This document shows, piece by piece, positions 24,397 to 32,000 of a stretch of 32,000 bases of DNA. The notes under the pieces were generated by a model. That model was given only the letters and a program-made list of their open reading frames with translations, had not been told where the DNA came from and made no database searches. The DNA comes from Ruminococcus albus 7 = DSM 20455 (GTDB lineage: Bacteria; Bacillota; Clostridia; Oscillospirales; Ruminococcaceae). The position numbers and the translations under genes were made by a program. The stretch spans positions 1,710,001-1,742,000 of the forward strand of contig NC_014833.1 in NCBI RefSeq assembly GCF_000179635.2, written 5' to 3'. Position 1 is the first letter of the stretch. Every line of letters begins with the position of its first letter.

Positions 24397-26478
24397 ATGA
24401 AAATAAATACAATGAAAAGAGCAGCAGCCCTTGCGGCAGCGATAACAGTGCTAGCCATGACAGGCTGTTCGGATTCTAAGAATAATACAAATAAGACATC
24501 AACAGAAGTAAAGACAGCCGTAGTAACATCAACGGAAGCCGCCATTGACGCAGATGATATCGAAGTAGGGTATGAAGAAGATGATGCGGTCAGCGTGTCA
24601 TTTTCGGACAGCGGTATCGAAACGGAAGGCAGCGGGGTAACAGTTGACGGAACTGTGCTTACTATAACTGCTGCAGGAACGTATAAACTTAGCGGTACCT
24701 GCTCAAACGGCAGGATAGTCATAGAGGCAGGCAAGGAGGATAAGGTGAAGATTGTCCTGGACGATCTTGACCTGACCTGCAAGGATAACGCAGTTATCAC
24801 TGCAAGAACTGCAGATAAAGTGTTCCTGCTGCTTGAGAGCGAAACAGTTAACACCCTTGCAGACGCAACGGCTTATAATCTGGCTGCTGATGATAATACC
24901 GATGCTGCAGTATTCGCAAAATGCGACCTTATCATAAACGGTGACGGGACTCTCAATGTGACAGGCAACTACAAACATGGAATAGTTTCTAAAGATGACC
25001 TTGTTATTACGGGAGGCAATATCACTGTTAAGGCAGAATCATCAGGTCTTGTCGGTAAAGACAGCGTAAAAATAAGCGCGGGCAGTATTGATGTGACATC
25101 GGGCAAGGACGGAGTGAAGTCTGATAACTCGGAAGATGAGGGCAAAGGCATCATAAGTATCACAGGCGGTACAATTAAAATAAATGCAGGAGGTGATGGT
25201 ATCTCTGCTGCAAAGGAACTTCAGATAAGCGGCGGAGATTTCAATATCACAACAGGCGGAGGAAGTGTCAACGCTTCGATGAAGTCAGAGGCTATGCCCA
25301 ATGGTGACCGGATACCAGGATTTGGCGGTAAAGGCGATTTTACACCTCCCGATATGGGCAATTTCGATATGGGTGATCTCGGTACTCCGCCTGATATGGG
25401 TGAACGCCCTGATCGCGGAGACTTTGACCCTTCAAAATTTGATAATAATGGTGAACGTCCCGATTTCGGTGATATGGGCACTCCTCCCGAAATGCCTGAT
25501 GGCGAAACCTTTGAAAAGTCGGAAGAACAGTCAGCAGATTCAGATAATGATACTTCTTCCGGAAATACAGAAACTTCTTCGGATACTGTATCAACTTCAG
25601 CCAAAGCCCTGAAAAGCGGTGGCATCATCATGATCGAAAACGGCACCATTACAATAGATTCCGCAGATGACAGCCTGCACTGCGACGGGTCTGCAAACAT
25701 CAGCGGGGGAAGTATCACAGCATCTTCCGGTGATGACGGTATCCATGTCGGGGGTGATCTGATAATAGACGGCGGTGATGTGACTATCACAAAGAGCTAT
25801 GAGGGCATAGAGGGTATGACCGTTACCGTATCAGGCGGTACTATAAATGTTACCGCAAATGACGATGGCATAAACTGTGCAGGCGGTAGTGATACAGGTT
25901 CATCCGATCGCATGGGCAGGGATCAGTTCGCAGCACAGGAGGGAGTTTACCTTAAAATAAGCGGAGGTACAGTAAACGTTGATGCCGGAGGAGATGGACT
26001 TGATTCAAACGGAGATCTGTATATCGAGGGCGGAATGATAACTGTGAGCGGCCCTGAGAACAGCGGTAACGGGTCTATAGACCACAATGGTTCAGCAAGT
26101 ATAACAGGCGGAACGATAATAGCTGCAGGAGCTGTGGGCATGGAAGAAATGTTCGACGAAGAGGGCACTACTCAGTGCGCAGTCCTCCACGATTTCACAA
26201 AGAGCTTCTCAGCCGATACCGAATTCACCGTCACCGATAAGGACGGTAATACCATACTTTCATTCACTGATCCCAAGACGTGGCAGGGCGTGATATTCTC
26301 ATCTCCCGACCTTAAACAGGGTGAAACATATACAGTTTCAGCAGGCGGCGAAAGCGCCGAGATCACCATAGACGGGGTTATAACCTCAAACAGTACCGGT
26401 GGTATGGGCAATATGGGAGGTATGGGCGGACATGGCAGAAACGGCGGACGTTTAGGCACATCTCAAACCATGACATAA
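24397..26478 (+). CDS. Cthe_2159-type carbohydrate-binding parallel beta-helix lipoprotein
   Basis: GGGAGG lies 8 nt before ATG 24397. Lipobox AMTGC. The family-typical strings are VLTITAAGTYKLSGT, VKIVLDDLDL, ADKVFLLL, HGIVSKDDLVITGG, GKDGVKSD and DGISAAKELQISGGDFNITTGGGS. A second beta-helix half is present (DDSLHCDG, GDDGIHVGGDL, YEGIEG, NDDGINCAGG, GGDGLDSNGDLYIEGG). Confidence 0.85.
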   Translation: MKINTMKRAAALAAAITVLAMTGCSDSKNNTNKTSTEVKTAVVTSTEAAIDADDIEVGYEEDDAVSVSFSDSGIETEGSGVTVDGTVLTITAAGTYKLSGTCSNGRIVIEAGKEDKVKIVLDDLDLTCKDNAVITARTADKVFLLLESETVNTLADATAYNLAADDNTDAAVFAKCDLIINGDGTLNVTGNYKHGIVSKDDLVITGGNITVKAESSGLVGKDSVKISAGSIDVTSGKDGVKSDNSEDEGKGIISITGGTIKINAGGDGISAAKELQISGGDFNITTGGGSVNASMKSEAMPNGDRIPGFGGKGDFTPPDMGNFDMGDLGTPPDMGERPDRGDFDPSKFDNNGERPDFGDMGTPPEMPDGETFEKSEEQSADSDNDTSSGNTETSSDTVSTSAKALKSGGIIMIENGTITIDSADDSLHCDGSANISGGSITASSGDDGIHVGGDLIIDGGDVTITKSYEGIEGMTVTVSGGTINVTANDDGINCAGGSDTGSSDRMGRDQFAAQEGVYLKISGGTVNVDAGGDGLDSNGDLYIEGGMITVSGPENSGNGSIDHNGSASITGGTIIAAGAVGMEEMFDEEGTTQCAVLHDFTKSFSADTEFTVTDKDGNTILSFTDPKTWQGVIFSSPDLKQGETYTVSAGGESAEITIDGVITSNSTGGMGNMGGMGGHGRNGGRLGTSQTMT

Positions 26479-26530
26479 AAAAGCGCTCCTGTCTTACTGC
26501 GGGTGCCGATATAGAAGATTATATTATTTA

Positions 26531-26567
26531 TCGGGGGAAACTTTTCTGAAGAAAAGTTATCCCCCGA
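26531..26567. other. 15-bp G/C-clamped hairpin without a U-tract (atypical terminator or REP-like element)
   Basis: TCGGGGGAAACTTTT-ctgaag-AAAAGTT(a)TCCCCCGA with one bulged base. It lies 52 nt after the beta-helix gene stop. Confidence 0.45.
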
Positions 26568-26679
26568 ACCCATTTCAAAAGGATTTTTCCGGTAGATAAC
26601 ATAAACTTCCGTATAAGCACCAGCCGTAAGGGCGAGGACGTTTCTGATGCATAGGATATCTGACGTAAATGTAAAGTAA

Positions 26680-26708
26680 TTGACATTTGAAGTGTGATAT
26701 GATAAAAT
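26680..26708 (+). promoter_or_regulatory. Sigma-A promoter of the HD-GYP gene
   Basis: TTGACA (26680-26685), 17-nt spacer, TGaTAAAAT (26700-26708). Confidence 0.55.
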
Positions 26709-26728
26709 ATATATATTATATGAATAAC

Positions 26729-26757
26729 GGATATATCAATTTGGGGTCGATATATCC
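26729..26757 (+). promoter_or_regulatory. 5'-UTR hairpin upstream of the HD-GYP gene
   Basis: A perfect 9-bp stem GGATATATC / GATATATCC with an 11-nt loop AATTTGGGGTC. It lies 27 nt before the ATG. Confidence 0.35.
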
Positions 26758-26783
26758 TTGTATCTTGCGCGGGGGGATTTTAC

Positions 26784-27923
26784 ATGAACGAGAACGAGCT
26801 TCAGAGCAGGCTGCTCCATATAGATAAGATAGGGGTGCGTCTTACAAGGATAATGTGGGCGCTGATACTGGGTTTCGGACTTTCTGCTATACTGAATATG
26901 GCTGCTGCTGCAGGTTCGGTGTTTTATGACCATATGCCTGAAAAAGTCGCTGAGACCTTGTACATGAAGGATTTTCATTTCGGCACTTTCAGTATAGATG
27001 CTTTGAAGGACAGCATCGAGGCTCATCATCTTGCAGGCATCGGGTATCTGATGTATTCACTCTATTCTGCACTTATCGTGATGATACTCAGCTTTTACCG
27101 CAAGCTTATCATAACTGTGGTCAGGGGCGGACAGCCTTTCACCGAAGAAGCGGGTACGATGATGAAAAAGTATTCCTATCTTACACTGTTTTTTATCTTT
27201 TCATCAAATCCGATAGTTACTATACTGCTTTTTATGATACTCAGGCTTTTTGCCGTCATATTTGATTATGGTGCCTATCTGCAGAAAAAAGCGAATGAAA
27301 CCAACCGCATCCAGGAAGAGATGATAATGTCATTTGCGGAAATAACGGAAAACAAATCAGGTCAGACGGGTCAGCATATCAGGCGCGTTTCCGAATATTC
27401 AAAGATCATAGCTGAAGAACTTGGTCTAAAGGATAGTCAGGTCGAGATGATAGGTCTTGCCTCCACGATGCATGATATCGGCAAGCTTATAATACCTGCT
27501 GAGATACTTGACAAGCCGGCCAGACTCAATGATGAAGAATTTGCAACGATAAAGACTCATACTACATACGGTGCAGCACTTCTAAGCAGAGTTGAGGGCG
27601 ACATTATGCAGCTTTCTAAGACTATAGCGCTTGAGCACCATGAGAGGTTCGACGGAAATGGATATCCTCTCGGCAAGCAGGGTAGAGCTATTGCCCCAGA
27701 AAGTCGTATAGTAGCCGTAGCTGATGTTTATGATGCGCTTACCAGCCGCAGAAGCTATAAAAAGCCGTGGGATCCCAAGGATGCCTATGATGAGATAGTA
27801 AAGAATGCAGGCAAGCAGTTTGATATCAATGTTATCGAAGCTTTCAAATCGGGATATGAAAGGATAGAAGAAGCAAGAGAACGCTATGCCGACAAGGATA
27901 CAGTGGAAGATTGTGAATTGTAA
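26784..27923 (+). CDS. HD-GYP domain c-di-GMP phosphodiesterase with an N-terminal four-TM module (DUF2975-like)
   Basis: HDIGK and HHERFDGNGYP motifs are present. The N-terminal 170 aa hold four hydrophobic helices and a GGQPFTEE loop. Confidence 0.86.
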   Translation: MNENELQSRLLHIDKIGVRLTRIMWALILGFGLSAILNMAAAAGSVFYDHMPEKVAETLYMKDFHFGTFSIDALKDSIEAHHLAGIGYLMYSLYSALIVMILSFYRKLIITVVRGGQPFTEEAGTMMKKYSYLTLFFIFSSNPIVTILLFMILRLFAVIFDYGAYLQKKANETNRIQEEMIMSFAEITENKSGQTGQHIRRVSEYSKIIAEELGLKDSQVEMIGLASTMHDIGKLIIPAEILDKPARLNDEEFATIKTHTTYGAALLSRVEGDIMQLSKTIALEHHERFDGNGYPLGKQGRAIAPESRIVAVADVYDALTSRRSYKKPWDPKDAYDEIVKNAGKQFDINVIEAFKSGYERIEEARERYADKDTVEDCEL

Positions 27924-27940
27924 AAAAAGTATTAAATGCA

Positions 27941-27969
27941 TTGACAAATGTGATTTATTGTGTTATAAT
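27941..27969 (+). promoter_or_regulatory. Consensus sigma-A promoter of rpmE
   Basis: TTGACA (27941-27946), 17-nt spacer, TGtTATAAT (27961-27969). This matches the consensus at -35, extended -10 and -10. Confidence 0.7.
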
Positions 27970-28080
27970 ATTTTAGTCTGATAAGACATTATATTGAATG
28001 CTGCATAGAACTACTGTCTGAACTAAGGATGATGGGCTTCTATGAGCCATAATTTTTAGTTTGGAAGGAGGTAAGTTCTG

Positions 28081-28281
28081 ATGAGAGAAGGTATTCACCC
28101 TAACTATGTCGAGACTACAATTACTTGTGCTTGCGGCAACGTTATAAAGACCAGATCCACCAAGGAGAACATCAAGGTCGAGATCTGCTCCAAGTGCCAC
28201 CCTTTCTTCACCGGTAAGCAGAAGCTGGTTGACAGCGGCGGACGTGTTGACAGATTCAAGAAGAGATTCAATCTCGGCTAA
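28081..28281 (+). CDS. rpmE: 50S ribosomal protein L31 (Zn-ribbon, C+ form)
   Basis: MREGIHPNY...CACG...[13 protein letters not shown]..., 66 aa. RBS GGAAGGAGG is present. Confidence 0.95.
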   Translation: MREGIHPNYVETTITCACGNVIKTRSTKENIKVEICSKCHPFFTGKQKLVDSGGRVDRFKKRFNLG

Positions 28282-28296
28282 TTATCAAGAAGTTAA

Positions 28297-28323
28297 AGAG
28301 CGGATATTTTCCGCTCTTTTTTT
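28297..28323 (+). terminator. Intrinsic terminator of rpmE
   Basis: AGAGCGGA-tattt-TCCGCTCT followed by TTTTTT. Confidence 0.8.
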
Positions 28324-28346
28324 CACCCCGAAATGAGGAGAAAAAT

Positions 28347-28979
28347 ATGAACTACAAAACGGTCTACGGTTGTGCCCAAGGCACCTATACCGAGAAAAAA
28401 AGTGAGTTTATAGGACAGATCGCCCCTGTAAAAACAGCCGAACAGGCTATCGCTTTTATCGAGAAGATAAAGGCTGAGAACCGCAAGGCGAGGCATAATG
28501 TGTATGCCTATGTGGTGCGTGAGGGCAACGTTTCAAGGTATTCTGATGACGGAGAGCCCCAGGGCACAGGGGGTGTGCCGGTACTTGATGTGATAAACAA
28601 GGCAGGTCTGACTGATGTATGCGTTGTGGTCACAAGGTATTTCGGTGGGGTACTGCTGGGTGCTAACGGTCTTGTGAGAGCGTACTCACAGGCTTGCTCA
28701 CTGGCAATAGCCGATGCAGATATAATGGAGATGTATGAATGCTCCAGGATAGTATTCTCCTGTGATTATAACCTTTACGGCAAGATAAAGTATATCCTGC
28801 CCGATCATGAAGCTATCACCGAGCGTGAGGACTTTGCTGATACTGTTGATATGACCCTGCTGGTCAAAAGCGAACTCGTTGATCCATTCACAAAAAAACT
28901 GACAGATATATCCAATGGTCAGCTGAAATTTGAAATTGAAAAAGGTCTGTGGGCAGATTTTTCAGCACAAGCTGGATAG
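28347..28979 (+). CDS. yigZ: YigZ/IMPACT-family protein (UPF0029 plus DUF1949)
   Basis: KKSEFIGQIAPVKTAEQAIAFIEKIKAENRKARHNVYAYV and DGEPQGTGGVPVL are family-typical. RBS GAGGAG is present. Confidence 0.86.
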   Translation: MNYKTVYGCAQGTYTEKKSEFIGQIAPVKTAEQAIAFIEKIKAENRKARHNVYAYVVREGNVSRYSDDGEPQGTGGVPVLDVINKAGLTDVCVVVTRYFGGVLLGANGLVRAYSQACSLAIADADIMEMYECSRIVFSCDYNLYGKIKYILPDHEAITEREDFADTVDMTLLVKSELVDPFTKKLTDISNGQLKFEIEKGLWADFSAQAG

Positions 28980-29137
28980 TCACTGTGCATAATTAAACGA
29001 GGTATAAATTAGAATAATTGTGATGTTCTACAAAAATCTGTTTTTGCCCTGAAAAAATAAAGGTTTTTTATTGATGCGGAAAGTATATATTTTTAGTGAC
29101 ATTTTTCGCGGAAATTATTTTCGGGCGGGGTGATGAT

Positions 29138-30154
29138 ATGCTTCCAAGAGAACAGTGGGAACAGTTTGAACATATTATACTATGCGATAAAGCCGCATTC
29201 TCGGATATGTCTGAGGGAAGGGAAAAACAGGAGGAAAAATGTTCCATACGTTCTGAATACAGGCGTGACAGGGACAGGATACTTCACTGCAATTCTTTCA
29301 GGAGGCTGAAGCACAAGACACAGGTGTTCCTTTCACCTGCCGGAGATCACTATCGTACCCGCCTTACACATACTTTGGAAGTAAGCCAGATAGCAGGTAC
29401 CATAGCGCGTGCGCTCAGGCTTAATGAAGATCTTACTGAAGCTATAGCACTGGGACACGATCTTGGGCATACTCCCTTCGGTCATGCAGGAGAGCGTATG
29501 CTTAATGAGTTGAGTCCTTACGGTTTTCACCATTATGAGCAAAGTCTGCGCGTGGTGGACAAGCTTGAAAAGGAAGGCAAGGGGCTCAATCTTACCTATG
29601 AGGTCAGGGACGGCATACTCAAACATACCAACGCTGTGGCAAAGACCTATGAAGGCTACGCTGTGCGCTTTGCCGATGTTATAGCTTATATAAACCATGA
29701 TATCGACGATTCCATCAGGGCGGGGATACTGAGAGAGGATGATATCCCCTCAAAGATAACCTCGGTACTGGGACATGATAAATCCTCACGTATAACTACG
29801 CTTGTAAACTCACTGATCGAATGCGGTCTGAATGGGAAAGCGGGGGACGAGGATTCACTGAAAATGACACCCGAGGTTGAAACTGCATATAAAGCACTTC
29901 ACAGGTTCATGTTTGACAGTGTGTATACAAATCCTGCCTGCAAATCCGAAGAACGCAAGGCGCAGGATATGATCGCATTTTTATATAAATATTATACCGA
30001 CCATCTTGAAAGATTGCCAGCAATGTATATGAATCTTGCATATCATTACGGTATAGATATGGCGGTCTGTGATTATATATCGGGTATGACCGATGTATTC
30101 GCAGTAGAAACTTTCAAGGAACTTTTTATCCCCGCGGCATGGATGATAAAGTGA
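29138..30154 (+). CDS. dgt: dGTP triphosphohydrolase-like HD-domain protein
   Basis: RDRDRILHCNSFRRLKHKTQVF, DHYRTRLTHTLEVSQI and LGHDLGHTPFGH are present. I use ATG 29138 after GGGCGGGGTG; the ORF-track start at 29096 has no SD. The position upstream of dnaG is typical. Confidence 0.87.
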   Translation: MLPREQWEQFEHIILCDKAAFSDMSEGREKQEEKCSIRSEYRRDRDRILHCNSFRRLKHKTQVFLSPAGDHYRTRLTHTLEVSQIAGTIARALRLNEDLTEAIALGHDLGHTPFGHAGERMLNELSPYGFHHYEQSLRVVDKLEKEGKGLNLTYEVRDGILKHTNAVAKTYEGYAVRFADVIAYINHDIDDSIRAGILREDDIPSKITSVLGHDKSSRITTLVNSLIECGLNGKAGDEDSLKMTPEVETAYKALHRFMFDSVYTNPACKSEERKAQDMIAFLYKYYTDHLERLPAMYMNLAYHYGIDMAVCDYISGMTDVFAVETFKELFIPAAWMIK

Positions 30155-30169
30155 TGATCATGCCGTATA

Positions 30170-31984
30170 ATGAGAGGGGGCATCTGTTTGGATCAGGAAT
30201 TTCTTGAAAAACTGAAATATGAAAACCCGATCAACGAGGTCATGCGCGAGAACGGCGTTGAGTTAAAGACCTCGGGACGCGGTTATATGTGCAAATGTCC
30301 TTTCCACGATGACAGCACAGCTTCCTGCAGTGTCGTGCCTTCACAGGGATTCTTCCACTGCTTCGGCTGCGGTGTCAGCGGAGATGTGGTAACTTTCATA
30401 AGAAAGTACAGGAACTTAGGCTTCATGGACGCTGTAAATTTCCTGGCACAGCGTGCGGGAATGACAGTACCCACATGGCAGGGCGCGGACGATAAAAGCT
30501 ACAAGCGCAGGATGCGCATATACGAGATGAACAAGTGTGCTGCAAGGTTTTTCCGCGACCAGCTGAAAACTCAGGATGGATTAAGGTGCTTGAATTACCT
30601 CGTGCATACCCGTAAACTTTCTGCCGATGTTATAAAAAAGTACGGTATGGGCTTTGCTCCAAAAAGCTTCACAGCGCTGAAGTCATATATGCTGAGCTGC
30701 GGCTACAGCGAGGATGAACTTGTATCTGCGTCGCTTCTGGGGCGTTCACAGACATCGGGCAGAACTTATGATTTCTTCATGGACAGGGCGATGTTCCCTT
30801 TTATAGATGTTACTGGAAATATAGTCGGCTTCGGTGGAAGAACGCTGGGGGACGACAAGCGTAAGTACCTCAACACCGGCGATACTACCTCGGAAGAATT
30901 CCGCAGGACTAATGACGAAAAAAAGCTGGACGGCTATTCAAAGGCGAGGTTCGTATTTTCCCTCAATTATGCCAAGGACGTTTCGGTAAAAAGCCGTGAA
31001 CTTCTTTTGTGCGAGGGCAATCTCGATGTGATATCCCTGTACCAGCACGGATTCACCAATGCGGTGGCATCCTGCGGTACAGCGCTTACACCCGAACAGG
31101 TCAAGGTAATGAAGAATTACGCCGATAAAGTCGTAATATGCTACGATGCCGATGACCCGGGACAGAAAGCAGCACTTCGTGCGGTTGGTATGCTGCGCAG
31201 CGGAGGTCTCGGCAGCAGTGTTATCCACATGGAAGGTGCAAAAGACCCCGACGAATATATAAACAAGTTTGGTGAGGATCATTTCAGGTACCTGTTAAAT
31301 AATGCCGCTGACGGCTTTGATTTTGAGCTTGGGTATTACTCACGAGGACTTGACCTTGAAAAACGTGACGATAAGATTCGTTTTTTGAAAATGGCATATA
31401 CTTCCATAGCCGGTGAACCCGACAGTACCGCTAGGGATACGATGGAAAGGCAGCTGTCAGAACAGTATAACGTTTCATTTGATGTGGTAAGGGCTTCGGT
31501 AGATGATATAATGATGCGTGAAATGGATACGCAAAGACGTGCAAAACAGCGCGAAGAAGTCAGAAAGACTATTGCTACCGAAGAGGAGAGCGCAGCTAAT
31601 AAGGCGGTCTACTGTGAACGCGGTTTGATATACTATATCTGTACCAATGCCGATTCGGCGCAGGAGATAGGTCAGCGTATCTCCCCCGAGGAATTCACTG
31701 ATGAGCTAAACAGGAAGATACTTCTGGAGATCTCGGGCAGGATAGCGCTGGGTGATATCGTATCACTTGATGTTATCTGTGAGACCCTCACCGAAGAAGA
31801 AGCTGACAGGCTCAAGCGTTCATTTACTAAGTACGCAGGGCTCAATGTCACAAGAGAAGTGGCGCAGCAGTATATTGACTCCATAAAGGAGTATAATAAG
31901 AAAAATGCGCCGCAGCAGGAAGATGGATTGACAGACAAGGATTATCTGAGAATGATGGAGGAACTGCGCAGAAAAAAACGCTGA
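30170..31984 (+). CDS. dnaG: DNA primase
   Basis: Zinc ribbon CKCPFHDDSTASCSV...FHCFGCGVSGD and TOPRIM region LLCEGNLDVISL...ICYDADDPG. An alternative in-frame TTG start at 30188 lies 7 nt after GAGGGGG and gives the usual N-terminus (L)DQEFLEKLK. Confidence 0.92.
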   Translation: MRGGICLDQEFLEKLKYENPINEVMRENGVELKTSGRGYMCKCPFHDDSTASCSVVPSQGFFHCFGCGVSGDVVTFIRKYRNLGFMDAVNFLAQRAGMTVPTWQGADDKSYKRRMRIYEMNKCAARFFRDQLKTQDGLRCLNYLVHTRKLSADVIKKYGMGFAPKSFTALKSYMLSCGYSEDELVSASLLGRSQTSGRTYDFFMDRAMFPFIDVTGNIVGFGGRTLGDDKRKYLNTGDTTSEEFRRTNDEKKLDGYSKARFVFSLNYAKDVSVKSRELLLCEGNLDVISLYQHGFTNAVASCGTALTPEQVKVMKNYADKVVICYDADDPGQKAALRAVGMLRSGGLGSSVIHMEGAKDPDEYINKFGEDHFRYLLNNAADGFDFELGYYSRGLDLEKRDDKIRFLKMAYTSIAGEPDSTARDTMERQLSEQYNVSFDVVRASVDDIMMREMDTQRRAKQREEVRKTIATEEESAANKAVYCERGLIYYICTNADSAQEIGQRISPEEFTDELNRKILLEISGRIALGDIVSLDVICETLTEEEADRLKRSFTKYAGLNVTREVAQQYIDSIKEYNKKNAPQQEDGLTDKDYLRMMEELRRKKR

Positions 31985-32000
31985 CGCATAATAGTTCTAA

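Noticed and set aside
24354-25790. Several minus-strand ORFs (166, 91, 64, 189 aa) and plus-strand alternative-frame ORFs inside the beta-helix lipoprotein gene
   Set aside because: They are by-products of the repetitive Gly/Asp/Ser/Thr coding bias of the sense frame. The sense frame has a lipobox, an SD and family-typical motifs.
28032-28058. Small hairpin plus TTTTT in the rpmE leader (possible attenuator)
   Set aside because: The stem is only 6 bp with a bulge, mostly A-T/G-C mixed. It is too weak to call.
1-32000. Search for CRISPR repeats, tRNA/rRNA, transposase/integrase/recombinase genes, reverse transcriptase and toxin-antitoxin pairs
   Set aside because: None were recognised on either strand. 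The only substantial DNA repeats are the intragenic cupredoxin-like modules and the 16-bp inverted repeat.

Overview
This is a 32-kb chromosomal segment of a moderate-GC Firmicute (Clostridia). A type-I dockerin module plus GH44 and GH16 enzymes suggest a fibre-degrading, cellulosome-producing Ruminococcus-like organism; the taxon is inference only. I support 26 protein-coding genes and found no rRNA, tRNA, CRISPR array, transposase or integrase. The flanks are housekeeping: gltB (3' part, open at the left edge) and gltD at 2-2781, and rpmE, yigZ, a dgt-like HD hydrolase and dnaG at 28081-31984. The roughly 25 kb between them is a mosaic of envelope, surface and signalling loci. (i) A minus-strand operon encodes a dockerin-Fn3-transglutaminase-like protein, an acidic lipoprotein and a membrane acyltransferase (2834-6126). 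(ii) A 637-bp non-coding gap carries a 16-bp perfect inverted repeat and is followed by a lipoprotein and a sortase-signal surface protein built from three duplicated cupredoxin-like Cys/His/Met modules (6764-8986). (iii) A bacterial-type PARG macrodomain gene sits next to a FIST-GGDEF cyclase (9081-11688). (iv) An orphan papain-like ORF and a flavodiiron protein follow. (v) A non-cellulosomal beta-glucan locus holds a GH16 lipoprotein, an AraC regulator, an orphan solute-binding lipoprotein, an anchored unknown surface protein and a C-terminally anchored GH44 (14004-20374). (vi) An OmpR/HK two-component system is followed by a VTC-domain (triphosphate-tunnel) protein, a DUF4956-like membrane protein and a Cthe_2159-type beta-helix lipoprotein (20752-26478). 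I rate (vi) as the best candidate for an uncharacterised system, possibly a bacterial VTC-like polyphosphate/polyanion synthesis-export module. (vii) A membrane module is fused to an HD-GYP phosphodiesterase. All functional calls come from motif recognition by eye, and no database search was run.
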